NCBI GenBank assembly: GCA_051362555.1
Contig: CM120644.1
Coordinates: 2,984,954-3,048,953 of the forward strand
Direction: 5' to 3'
Origin: Lingula anatina
Lineage: Eukaryota > Animalia > Brachiopoda
Length of the DNA stretch: 64,000 bases
Numbering within the stretch: the first letter of the stretch is position 1; every line of letters starts with the position of its first letter. Positions 51,272 through 64,000 of the stretch are shown one piece after another. The position numbers were made by a program, and so were the translations under genes. Below the pieces are notes generated by a model. That model was not told the origin of the DNA and did no database searches. It saw only the letters and a program-made list of their open reading frames with translations.

Positions 51272-52405
51272 AAGCGAAAATGAAAGTAAATTTTCCCAGG
51301 TCAGAATACTACATAGGATGAAGTGTTAGGGATGCTATCGTTTTAATTTGTCATTAAATATTTATTTGATAAAAATTGTTCTGAGTTTATTTTAATTGTG
51401 CATTAAAGAGTTCATGTTTTACAAGGGAGATCGTGTTTTAAAAATATTTAAAGATTAGACTAACTAGAAAATTAAGATTTTAAATTTCAAAGTAAGTTTG
51501 AACACTTAAATCTTTAACTGTTTGCAGGTGCCTGTAGCAAACCTTCACTGGAGCTGTGAAATTCCAAACTAAACCACATTAGTGATTCCAATTTTTATTT
51601 CATTGAGATTTGTCATTTACAGACATCAAAATTCTATAAATAAAATAGTTATAAATTCATAAATAAATAAGATAATCAGCTTTAAACATTAAGAATACAT
51701 CTGTGGAATTCTTTGTTTGAAATCAAAACTAAAAAACAACATGGTAAAGAATTATGTAAGCAAAAAACACTGATATCAACCAGAAGTATGAAATTCCAGT
51801 ATATCTGAGACCAAAGAGCATTACATAGAACATCTGTTTCCCTTTATAAAAATATATAATCCCATGACATAGGTAAAACATAATTTGTATAAAATTCCAT
51901 TCTTGTATACTTACATATTTGTGATTAAAAATATTTTAAAAAATACTAACTTAAACTCAATATACAAAATTTAACTTCTACCTAAGACTCACCAAACAAC
52001 TTTCTAGGGGTGGGTCTTATCTTCTACCAATGAGCTATGAACTCCAATGAAAGTGTAAATAACTCTTCTCATTGCTTCTACTGTGATATTTGATTTATAA
52101 ATAACAGGAATGTTCAGAACGATCACAAACAATGCACAAGATTGCAAAACATAAAAAAAACAATGAAACTCCACAGTAATTAACAGCAGCTTCAACATTC
52201 AAAGTTGCCAAACAGTAAGTTATCCCCCCCCCCACCCCACCTCCCCCCAATTGTGACATAAGCTTTCTTTTCTCCAACTTAATGTTGCAAGTTTGGTTTT
52301 GGCAATTAAGAAGCATTTTTTTTCTTTCTTTTGCAATACACAGAAACAATTGTAAATCTGACATATCGCTGCCCTGTTTTTTACAAGGCACACATACTCT
52401 TGTTC

Positions 52406-52492
52406 CTAATACCATAATATACACATTTGTAATACTAATACCATAATATACACATTTGTAATACTAATACCATAATATACACATTTGTAATA
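52406..52492. repeat. Perfect 29-bp tandem repeat, 3 copies
   Basis: (ctaataccataatatacacatttgtaata)x3, in the probable 3' UTR of the Kelch gene. Confidence 0.9.
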
Positions 52493-52742
52493 CTTTCTCT
52501 CAAGTATGCAATTTGGACTGTTCCACATCAGAATGCAAGCTCTACCCTCACTCAATGACAAAACAGTAGAAACAGATTTCCATGTTCGCTGTCCAACATC
52601 AGATCTTAGGCTCATCTTACAATGATGAAATTGATTATGAAAATAACTAATAGACAAAGTCCATGGCACCACAGTGTACAAAGCACATTGTTTGAATTAT
52701 ATTGCATTTTAAACGTCAGTCAATTAGGGGAAACACACTTTT

Positions 52743-52919
52743 GGTGGCGTTCACAACAGAAAACTAACTGGTATGAGGATCAAATATGATGGCCCACTTA
52801 AAAGCTTGCTGTCTAATCCCCTGATAGACGCTGAATAGATTCCCTTACACAACAAGCATTCAAGTGGGTCAACCATATTTAAACCATCGACTAGTTAGTC
52901 AGCTGTTATGAATGTGGCC
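52743..52919. mobile_element. Diverged palindromic MITE of the same family as 36166-36769
   Basis: Shared core tctaatcccctgatagacgctgaatagattccc and imperfect arms ttcacaacag...actaactggt / actagttagtcagctgttatgaa. Confidence 0.55.
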
Positions 52920-54117
52920 TTTCGCATTCTTGTTAAGCAGTCTTGGCTTATCAAAAAGAAAAAGAATCTTCTATCTTTACAGATATAAATAACATTTGCT
53001 TTTGGATCTGATACTGATGTTTATCCATCTTATTTTATTCTTCTATTTTATCACAGACAAAAGTACAGAATACCTGTTTTTTTTTTCTTTGACAAATTAA
53101 CTTTTCCGTGTTTTGTTAATCTATTTTATTGCTCATCACAAAACCTGGTTGCAAATTTTCCCTGAGAATATTTCCAAAATATTCTACAACCACACAATAA
53201 TAGCAGCTTGTATTATACATAAATAACAGTTAAATACACACGGTGACTCCATACAAACAAATACATTTGGTCTGGGATATCTGGTATCCTATGCACCTAA
53301 TATAATACAATATAATTATATATTACTATATATAATATACATCTGTTCCTTATAAATATGTGCTGAAACCCATAGGCCCTTTCCATTTACTGACCTCTGA
53401 TAACATTCTTGAATAATATTCAATGCACCAAATTAATACTTGTAATAATAATAAAAAAATGATGATATTTAAATAATGTTGTCTTAAATTTTATGTGTCT
53501 GAGTATGTGTATATATGCTTGCACATGTAAGCACTGTATGAACATATTTCCTTGAGAGCATTAGTTAAATCATCTTAGACTAATTTTTCCAACAGCAGAA
53601 TGTTAGGAATGGTATTTTTTCATTTATTTTCTATGCCAGTTGTACTGTTTTGGCTCCATATTCAAATAACTTCTGTCACTGAAGATTTCTAGAGAATGAG
53701 ATTCTAAGAGTTATTGTTAATCAATATGCTAAAAAAACTAAATTTAAATAAAAAAAATTTTCGAGGGCCTTCCAAGATTCTGTATGTGGTGATAAATAAA
53801 CATACAAAAAATGTGCAATCTGCACTTAACAAAGTAAGTATGTATTGCTTGTTTTTGTGACTTCATCTCACACAGAAAATGATTGTCATGACCCAAATTA
53901 TTACCTAATCAACCAGCACACACCCTTAGGTCTACTTTTACTCAGCTTTTAATTACTTCAAATCCCTTTCCCTGCTCCATACAAACTTGAACTTTCCACT
54001 GCTGCACAATATCCCAGAATTCCAAGAATTGTGTCCATGTCAGGCAAGTTCCAGTGAGATGGAAAATGATGGGGGTGGGGGGGGGGGGGGGTGGAGGAGA
54101 GGGGTGGAGGGGGACTA

Positions 54118-57100
54118 TTAGTTGACATAAGTAGATGACGTCTTCTTAGCTGGCCCCACTCTGTTTTCATTGATAAGCCGAGCTAACGGCTGAGGTAATG
54201 CTTTACCTGGAAAAACAACAGACACTGTTTTCATGGAACTTTCTTTATATACAAAATATGTAATCTTAATAAGTCATAATAATTGTTCTATTTTACCCAA
54301 TGCATATTTTACACCTCAACTTGAAGAAGATCTACTTTCAACAGTTTGACCACATCTGTCATTTGTCCCCAGGCTTTTACACTATCTACATATAAAAGAA
54401 ACGGGGTATCCAACTTAGTAAGCAAATATTTAATTTTTCAATACTACTGCTGCAATTGCTGTTCTGATAAAATTAATGTATATTTTCAAGAATATACTGA
54501 CCAGATACAATCTCACATCTCCATATTGCTATAGGAGTTCTGTAGAAACCATGGATCTCAGATTCCCTTCCTCCTAATACAAACATACAGAAACTGGGGG
54601 CTTGGGGAAGCACCTGAAATAATAAAAAACAAACAATAGAAGTCATAAACATAGTTTTATGGAGACCATGCAAGAAACACCAAATAATGATATCATTTGT
54701 TGAATATGTCAAAACAAATATGATCTTTTACGCTGATACACTTAGAAAGAAAAAAGAACAAACAGCATGGAAATGTTTCACCAAATTCTGCAATGCTAAT
54801 GTAAAAATGGTCCTGAAACATCCATACATTCAAGGAATAATAGCTATATACTCATCCACCTGCACAAAAGACAGCAAAAAAAAAATAATAATAATAATAA
54901 AATAAAAATAATAATAATAAGAAGAAATAAATAAATAAATAAATAACTCATACACATAAAAAAAAAATCATCCTTACCTTTTTCTTTCCATTCTCCACCT
55001 TCCCCTTTCTCTTCTGCTGAGACACAGGGGTCTCCTCAGCTGGCAGCCGTTGTACTGGAATCTGAGGCAGAGTCCTTGACCTTCCGTGTAGCTTCCCCCT
55101 CTCTGTTCTCTGCGACTCAGAACCACTATTCCCACCCACTGCTACAGACAACACTTCTGTACCTAGAGTGTGACTCTGGATTGTGTTAGTTGAGATCACA
55201 CTCTCTTGATTGTGCTGTGTCACATCCACTGTGCTAGCTAAGCCTCTGCCACTGTGCTTCTCTACCACAATTTGTTCTCCATTTGAATTGCACCACTGTG
55301 GGTCAACATTATGTCCACCAATTGCTTTCCCAAGCACCTGCCCATTTTGAAGCACATTTAGAGAATTAGGTCTGCATCCATGACCTTGAACTTGACTCAG
55401 ATTTCTGTCACTCACTTCAGGCATGCTGTCCGAGCTTTTTGAAAAATTACTATGCATAATAACCAGTCTGTTGGATGATGATTTTATCTCCCTGTCAAAA
55501 TATGGAACACTTCTTTTTTCACTAAACCTCAACTCAGGTTTATCCTGAAATGACACAATACGCCCTCTATCTGCCACCTGACTGTGCATATTATCAGGGT
55601 TAGAATCATTAAGGTGCTTTGAGATCAAAATATGATTGGCCCCAGAGTTATGTGAATCGGATTTTTGAGGTTGTTTTTGCTCAGTTTCACAAGCATCACA
55701 ACCTTTTATTAATTGGTCCAAACTGCCACCTTGGAATTCAATATGTCCTATACTCATTGGGCCTGCTGCCTTTGTGTCTTTGGAATGATCTTCATGGACG
55801 TCGAGGTCTTTGGTACAAGCGTCAGAATGCCTGATATTTTGAATAGATTTTCTTATACAGAAATCCTCTTCTTCCTCCTCATCATTATACTCCTCCTCAA
55901 GATCCTCAAGCACCATATCATCTACAGGCAGACCATAACTGGGACGCCTTGGACCACAATCCACGGAATCCTGGTCGCTTTCAGGAACCAAATATCTCTG
56001 CTGAGAGTGGAATGCTATTTCTGAGGAATCAATCCTCGTTTCTGACACAATCCCCAGATTCCTGTTTTGAGCCAGAGACTCCAATGACCCAGACCTCACC
56101 AGACCAGGCAGGGTGAATTTTTCACTCCTCTGCTTCTCAGGATTGGTTTGTCCTGGGTCTTGACTGATATGACAAACAAGTGGCTCCCCCTGGCCATAAC
56201 CTTTGCCTTTGTCGTCTGCTGACATTTTTGACACAATGGAATGGTTTTGATGTGATTGGTCTCCTTCATGGAGGGAATCTCTGTGCAAGCTGGGGTTGTC
56301 ATGGGCGAGATGCTCAGAAGAGTACTGACTCAGATTCTCGGAGTCTGTCCTGCTCCGTCTTAGGAGAGGTACGTAGTCCTGGTTAGATTCACTGAACACT
56401 TTAAAATTTGGAGTAGAAAATGGTTCTCTTGTTATCACAAAATTCTTGTAAGTGTTTTGTGGATGACCTTGAACCTTGGCACTGTCTGAGTCATCTCTTA
56501 GAGAAAGGTCATGACCTTGACCTTGGGTGTTTGTCCCACCTTCAGCCAATGGGCTCACCAAGGGGGACACCCTGTTTTTGAAATGGTGGACCCTGTCTGG
56601 TGAGATGTTCGCGGGACTTGAGAAAGGACGGGGAGGTAGAGAATCTTTCATCTTGTCTTCTTCTTGGAGTTCCTGAAGCTGAGGGACAGAACAGGAACGC
56701 TCGCTGGTATTGGCCATGGAGAAGAGCAGACTGGACACGATGACTGCCGTGTGTTTAGAACATGGTGATGGACACAGGGTGGGAGTGGGCAGTTTTGTCC
56801 ATGTGGAAGATGCTGGAAATTTTAAGAAATTGTTATTAAAGCAGTGCTGAACATACAGTAAAACTACTCGCAAAAAGGCATAATTAGTTTTTGAAAAGCT
56901 AATTTTACTAGAGTAGATTTTGACAAAAACAAAAAATGTTTTTTTTTATTCTACCATACTTGCTTCTTCAGATTTGCTCAAAAATCTGATAATTAACATA
57001 TATCCACAAATAACCACAGTATACAACAGCATATATACAGTTGTATGTGAAAGGGCATTTATGATTTGAAAAAAAAAAAAGACCTTTCTGATGCCATATT

Positions 57101-58991
57101 CCACTGGTACTCACAGAAATGGAATTTCCACAGATCATTCTTCAGGCTTCCTTCACTCTCTCCACCAAATACAAACATGGCGTCTGCCACCTTGCAGGCT
57201 GAGTGACCATACAGCTCTGATGGACCCTGACGACACTTCATGCGGCTCCATTTTCTCAGGTCTGGAACATAAACAGAGGTTATTTCCATTTCTGTTGCTA
57301 TTAAGAGTGAATGTTTTACCTGACATGATAAAACTGATAACATGTTAACAAGCAAAAATCTGGGAAACCTGGCTTAATGCTTAACAGGCGTTTTCAGCCT
57401 CATTTGAAAAAAAAATCCGAAATTTTTATGAGGTGATATCTGAGCAATCTTAACCATATTAAAATGCAAACAACATCTTAACTGTTTTTGTTTTTTTGTT
57501 TTTTTTTTGTCTGAAATAATCAAAATAAAAAGTAAGCATCATGCCAATTAGAAAATTAGTACATCATTTCATAAGAGACTATACATGTTTCAACTTTTCA
57601 CAAGGAACAAAAAAAATTTTTTCAACCGGACATCACAACAACCCTTTCAAGTTCCAGAGTCCAGAAACACAACAGCATGTAGAGTTACTCACTGAAACTC
57701 CAGGTCCAGAAATCGTTCTTCCCCTGCAAGTTGTTCAGGCCACCATACACCCACATGGCACTGTCATGGACGACTGCACTGTGAGCGTGACGTGCCCCAG
57801 GACCGCCATCTGTCATCATGGTGCTGTAGCACAGGTGCCACGTCTCAGAATCTACGCAACAAACATTAACAACACTGTTATGCCTGAGTTTTGCAACAAT
57901 GGTGGTTAAAATTATTGTTAATCAGTTTCTCAAGGTTTTTCCCTAATTTATATATATTGCAATTGTTTGCTTAGATCTGAACAGCAGAAAAACAAACAAA
58001 AAAGAATATAAAGGGAATTTGAAAGATGCACACAAAAAAAGTGATAAGACATAGATGATCACCAGTATTTAGCAGAGGAAAATTAATGTTCTTTTAATAA
58101 ATTCTGCTCACCAAAGTCAAAAGTCCACAATTCACTACTTGTTCCTTTAAGGTCAATAAAGCCTCCGTAGATGTGCATTGCATGATGGGATATGACTGCC
58201 GTATGACCTCTACGACTGACTGGCATCATGACAGCACTGTCCAAAGCATGTTTTCTCCATACTAATGTATCTATTGTAGAAAAGTATTTCTTTGTAATAC
58301 TTAAAATATGGTATAGCATCACACTTCTCACTGTTTGCCAGTGAGTCACAAACTAGTCAAAATTTATAATATTGCATATCTTTTGTGTGAAATAACCTAC
58401 ACTTTTAGACTATATATGAATTTTTCTATATTGTTGCTAAAATACAAACAAGAAAATCACAACTTAAAAGATTTTTTCACAAAAATTATATGTAAACTCC
58501 TATTACATAAACAAATCAGCTTTATAACCTTACTGACTGCATTCTAAAAGAAAGGGATGAAGAGTGGATGGATGGATGGATAAATAAATTATAAATATAT
58601 AAATAAATAAATGGTACCTAGAGGAAGTATCCAGAGTGAGGTCTCGTGGTCCACTAGGTGAAAATTACCAAACAGTCCACCAAACATGTACAGACAGCCC
58701 TGGAAATATATGTGACAATTTGGATGAAAAAAATCACTCAAATGATCTCTATCTTATGAATAATATATCTGGTATGTGTAATTTTAATATAAAGAAACAG
58801 CCAAGCATGACGTGATCCACTGAAAAATAAAATTGTCCAGTCCACGTGATATTCAATAAGGAGCAACAGCTATGTACATAATGTTTTCTCTTTAAATAAT
58901 ACTAATGATCTTTGTCCTAAGTGCAAACATTCAGAATGCGGAAACAGCCACATACAAAGAATTCTCTTGAAAATGTGTGTGTGCACGTGCC

Positions 58992-59030
<39 letters not shown>

Positions 59031-62000
59031 GTGTGTGCATGCATGCGTGTGTGTGCCTGTGTGTGTGTCCCAGACATAAGGCATACCTTGTAAGCCACCA
59101 GAGTGTGGTCTTCCACTGTAGATGGACCATCTCCTGAACAGGTTAGACTCTCCCAGGTGTTGGAGGCTGTGATATAAAACAACAACAAAACATATCAGTC
59201 TGAGGTTAAACTAGACAGCATAACTGAGACTGATACAGGCATTAAGCAGATTAAAGAAGAAATATAGAATTAATGATATGAAAATATGATCCCATGCATT
59301 AGTATAATAAATAAATAAGACTATGTGTGATGATTGTTTATCTACATTAATTATAAATATGCAAAGGATTATAAAATTGGCATCCTTAATTCTGTACATC
59401 AAATAGCAGCCAATTTTACACAAGCAAATAAAATGAATAGCCAAACGATGGATGTAGCCCATCTCTCTCTACCCAAAGGAGAAAAAAATGCAAAATCACA
59501 TCCCAGAATATTACAGTAAACACTACCAATTTTCTAATTATTTTCTAATTATTTTCTAATTATTTTCTCTTTTTTTTTCTGTTATGATGGACGGGAAGAG
59601 ATCTCTAGCTACCTTTCTAGAAATGCTATTTCTGTCACGTTGGACCAATTTGTAAAACCAACAATGACATAAAAATATTCCAAAAGATCCATTTTCCCTT
59701 TTCATAAAGAATTTGGGGAGGAGGATAATACCCCAAAAGTATTTTTAAGCCCTTTCCCCTTTTCTCACAAACTTGCTCAGCTCGGGTGAGACTCACGAAT
59801 ATGATATCTCCAGAGATCCTTTAAAGGCAGGTTGGCTTCGCGGCCTCCAAACAGGTAGAGACAATCCTCGTACACACAGCTGGCGTGCTTGTGGCGAGAA
59901 CACGGGACTCTGGACTCGGGATTGTGAGAAACTGGACTCCATGTGAAGGAGAGGCAGTTGTTGTGTGTTGTTGTTGATGATGATGATGTATTGGTTGATG
60001 TATTGGTTGTCAGATAGGATAGGTCCTCGCTGTTATTGTTGATGTTTTCATTATCTTCAGCCTGTAAGTAATTAATGTGAAATTGTTAGTCTGATAAAGC
60101 AGCAATGAGAACTTGTTTTGTGCTTCATACTTTACTCTGTTCCTATAAAAATTTGTATGCTGACAAACTGTTAAAAAGTCATCAGTAAAAAAAAAATATA
60201 TAAATAGAAATATAAATTAATCCCACGTTTTAAACCAAATGAATAATAATTTCAATATAAAGAATATGTTCGCTTCACAGCGAATTTCCATTGGGATTAA
60301 TAATTTCTCTGGATTTGCATGTCAACGATCAATTCTAAAATGACAATTAATATCTTAAAATCAAAGAAAAAAGTCAGTCCTGCTACTTACATTGTTCAGA
60401 AGTGACTGTACCGACTGTCGGAGTTTCACATTGTCTTTGGCCCAGTTATGTAAGTCATTCAAGGTAACAATTTCACCCTGAAAAATAGTCATTCTTTCAA
60501 GTCATTCCCTTCATATAAACTAACAGAATACAATAAATCATGAAATATTTGGTAAATATGATACTTTTAAAATGCAGAAACTGCATCATCCCTATTGTCT
60601 CAACAGGATGTCTTACTGATAATCTTCATAAACTTCAAACATCTTTCTCTAGGGTGAAAAATATCAATATAACTCCACACTCTATCTGATTCTGTCTTCT
60701 CCCATGGAATTTTTCTCACCTGTTTAGCTCTGAACAAGTTGTTTACAATCTCCATGACAACTGTTTCTATGTTCACATAGTGTTGTTTGCTCGGTGGCTT
60801 ATTCCCTGGAATAAAAAGACCAAGATAGTACTACTAGTACATTATATTGCATAGATCTATTCTTTTTATCTCCAACAGCTGTTTGATAGACTCAAGCTGG
60901 TAAATCTTGAGCAGAGACTAATATAAATGCATGTCAGAATTCTCTGTGCCTTTTATTTGAAAATTTTCACATTAACCTCGGAAGTTCAGTTTTGACTACC
61001 TCATTTCCAGGACAGCTAATTAAATGCCTAAAGTCAACCATTCATGTCACTATCTTAAATTATAGCATGAATCCTCCAGGGAGCATTAAGAACAGTTCCC
61101 AATTTCACAAAAAAACTTCAGACTGAAGGTTGGTCTTAACTTTTAGACTAAGAATTCAACATAATTAAAATTAGTCCCCTAAGATAATTTAAGTAAGTAC
61201 TGATCAGAAACATTGGCAGTGTCTTATTTTTAAATAACAGAAACAATTATATTTCATTTCATTGAACAACATCCAGTTGAAAACTTTGGTTAAATGTCAG
61301 ACCAACTTTCGGTCTAAGTTGACTTTGTGAAACCAGTCTTGGTGGATGTTCAGGGCCTGAAATCTATCGTGAACATTTACCACAGTACTTCTAAAAGTAC
61401 TCTGTGAGATTACCTTATAGCCATTAAAAGTTCTTCGCTGATTAATTAGTAGAACAAGACAAGAAGTAATGCTATAGGGCACCCCATAATGTTCCACAAA
61501 CCCCTGCAGTGATTTCAGTACACAGCATAAATCTCTCATAATTTTACGCCGTTTGGAAGTCCTTAAGGCAAACAATCACTTTGCATGGATCAATACACAG
61601 GCCTTTCAAATACCATTAAGAGTATGAAAAGTGGGAACTGATAGAAGAAGAACCATCAAAATGAAAGATGACTGTCAACCTCATTTTTTTCACAGGTGCA
61701 TATATTTCAATGTTAACAAATTAAGGTATTTACCCTAAAGCCCTAAACACAAAGTACACACACCTTCTGTTTTTCAATAAATGTTAATTTTTTATAAGTA
61801 ACATATGATTGTAACTAAGAGATTTCAAAATAGCATTTTAAGGTACATAAGATTACTAATAAAGCTGTATTCAAGGAAATCGAATTAATTGATAATTCCT
61901 TCAAATTTTGTGAGTTATTATCCTAACATCAGTTCTACTTTCAATATGCAGCTTCTAATCTTACCGTTATTATAGAACTCCAGTTGTGAAATCCTGAAAG

Positions 62001-62367
62001 AATATAAAAAAATAAAGTAAACAATTTTATCTATATGAGATTATCATAAATGTTCCTAAACACATAAGTCACCTCATAACTTCGAGACTGAATTATCCAT
62101 TATCTAGCTTATGACTTATGGAACAGATTTTTTCCTTTGGTATTAGCTAATATTAACATGAACAGTCTAACTTAAACCTTCCCATAACATACACAAACTC
62201 TGTGCTTCCAGTGGTTTGAGTGCACTGTCCTTATAAACATTGTTCTTTTACACAAGCTACCTCACAAGAAATTAAGTTGAAAAGAAAAATGCACCTTATT
62301 TCCAATACTTGTGTAAACTACATAACAAAACCCAATAACTTTCAAAAATATGCACGCACACATGAAT

Positions 62368-62417
<50 letters not shown>

Positions 62418-63423
62418 ATTTGCCTCACCTGTGAGCCGCACTGAGAACAGACAGCAGTATCCCAGAGACACTACCCTCGTCTACTCCCACTAATAAGTTA
62501 TGCTGGAATATAGGAAACCAATAGTTGATATAACTTCAAATTTTCAGAAACAACATTTACTCTTAATACCTAGTTACTTGAAACTGATAACATAAAATAA
62601 ATAAATAAATAAATGCTTAAGGAATTCAGTTCCAAAATATTAAAATTTAGCTTATTATCAAAAATAAAATTTAAAATGTTTGACTATGTCTCCCATCCAT
62701 GGCAAAAATAATTTAATAACATAATATAATAAAAATAAATGAAAAAAATACAAAATATAAGGCAAAAAAGACTTTAAGTACATGCAGTGAAATAAAAAAA
62801 TGAACAGAGCTAACAAGCTTGAACTGAGTGGGAGAAGGTAGGCTGACGAACACTGAAAGCAGTTAGACCCACTCTAATAGATTAATTTGTACATCAGGGT
62901 TTGTAGAACAAAAAAGGATGCTAATGCACAGGATACAATTTCCGTAGCAATCTTTTATTCTATTGTCAAGTTTTGATATTGGTGCAATCCATCATTTCTG
63001 TGTAATTAGTCAAAAATAATACAAAAATTCCACTTGATTTTTTTAGCCCACATGCTTGGCTGTCACCTTGTTTGGTTGGTAAATGTAAGATCTGAGCTTG
63101 AAAAAAAATGTTTAAATAAAACATTGATGACAAAACTCTCTACGTTTATGGCAATTTTTATTAATATGTTTTGAATACTTTACCAATTTCATGTGCCTCA
63201 GCAGAATAGTATTCCACAATGATTATGGAGGTCATTCCATGTGGTTTTTAGACTCGCAAATCATGCAAGGTAACAGCTAAGCAAGTGACACAGACAGAGA
63301 ACAGAGAGAGAAAGAGAGGGTGAGAAAGAGAGAGGGTGAGAAAGAGAATACAGAAACATACCATGGTGTACAACAAGTTGATTTTATTCACAACATCGCC
63401 CCAAGCAACAACGACCAAACCAC
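54118..63423 (-). CDS. Kelch-repeat (6-blade) protein with a long disordered insertion and a degenerate EF-hand-like N-terminal region; 5' end outside the window (~1087 aa visible)
   Basis: Phase-consistent exons 63362-63423, 62429-62502, 61965-61993, 60720-60805, 60391-60477, 59797-60061, 59087-59166, 58618-58699, 58112-58270, 57693-57851, 57115-57261, 54978-56812, 54502-54613, 54118-54206. Blades: SRHKHASCVYEDCLYLFGG, EDHTLVAYKGCLYMFGG, SRRGHTAVISHHAMHIYGG, ARHAHSAVVHDSAMWVYGG, LYGHSACKVADAMFVFGG, and a split SKHTAVIV...CMFVLGG. The five upstream exons are less certain than the Kelch exons. Confidence 0.85.
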
Positions 63424-64000
63424 CTGAAACAATCACAGAGACACTTGCTGAAAGCAGACCATGGCCCACATAAATGATCAGCACCTGGCCAGGCTCCGTG
63501 ACGGATAACTGGACGCTTTTTGCCAGAGGTATTTAATTAGGCCCGTTGTGTATGAAGGTCATAAAGCGCTAAGTGGGCTATATGATAGAAGTAGGTCATC
63601 ATGACCTATATTGAAAGCATAGGATGCAATATTTGGAAAAAAAAGGTCAAAAAGCAAAATGTTTCCGAGGATATATGCTGAAAGAATAAAGGATGGCATC
63701 ATGTTTGAGAACTGAAACATGTTTTACAACATGTTTGCATGGTTTGAATTTCAGTAACATGTACAGATATTTGAAAATGTGCAAATGAATACTCACAAAT
63801 TTGTTTTTAATTACAAAGATCAATTATCAGAAGTCTTTATTAGTATACAGATATGGGCACATATAAATATAGCAACATATAAAGCAGGCATGCAGGCAAC
63901 TGATAAAATAAATTATATGAAATAAGAAGTATAATAAAAAACATCAAAAGTTATCCTTTTATCTTTATAACAGCAATTAATGCTTTTGATATCTCTACAC

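Noticed and set aside
49844-51329. Antisense and alternative-frame ORFs overlapping the BRICHOS last exon (229, 169, 165 aa)
   Set aside because: Expected shadows of a GC-rich, low-complexity coding exon; no splice or motif support.
53958-54170. 70-aa Pro-rich ORF as the Kelch C-terminus
   Set aside because: Splice phase from exon 54502-54613 selects another frame ending TYVN-stop at 54118; the Pro run comes from a poly-G tract in the 3' UTR.

Overview
AT-rich, microsatellite-rich, intron-containing animal DNA; the CAAGGTCA-derived QGQGH motifs and HINE-type elements suggest a mollusc or other lophotrochozoan (inference). Four spliced protein-coding genes were assembled by hand with phase-consistent GT-AG junctions. 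(1) The 5' part of a minus-strand SRCIN1/KIAA1217 (sickle tail)-like gene, with at least two alternative first coding exons and a ~34-kb intronic stretch. (2) A complete 7-exon OVCA2/FSH1 serine hydrolase on +, head-to-head with gene 1. (3) A complete 713-aa type II membrane BRICHOS protein on +, whose furin-releasable cargo is ~464 aa: a Pro/Tyr/Gly segment, a 6-Cys beta-prone module, poly-Ala, 9-residue Gly/Tyr/Asn repeats and a DEEYF-GRK end. This is the most unusual gene here and a candidate chaperone-assisted structural/functional-amyloid precursor. (4) A minus-strand Kelch beta-propeller protein with a ~590-aa insertion in its last blade and a degenerate EF-hand-like N-terminus, running off the right edge. 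The long intron holds two Helentron/HINE-type elements with 146-bp satellite arrays (11 vs 18 units; a 5-mer higher-order duplication; nuclear-receptor half-sites in every unit). One element is extended by a 366-bp copy of DNA found 13.7 kb away and re-capped by a second element terminus, which looks like sequence capture. A 1-kb foldback element and a cluster of nested palindromic MITEs are also present. No rRNA, tRNA or CRISPR array was found, and most short ORFs in the track are spurious.
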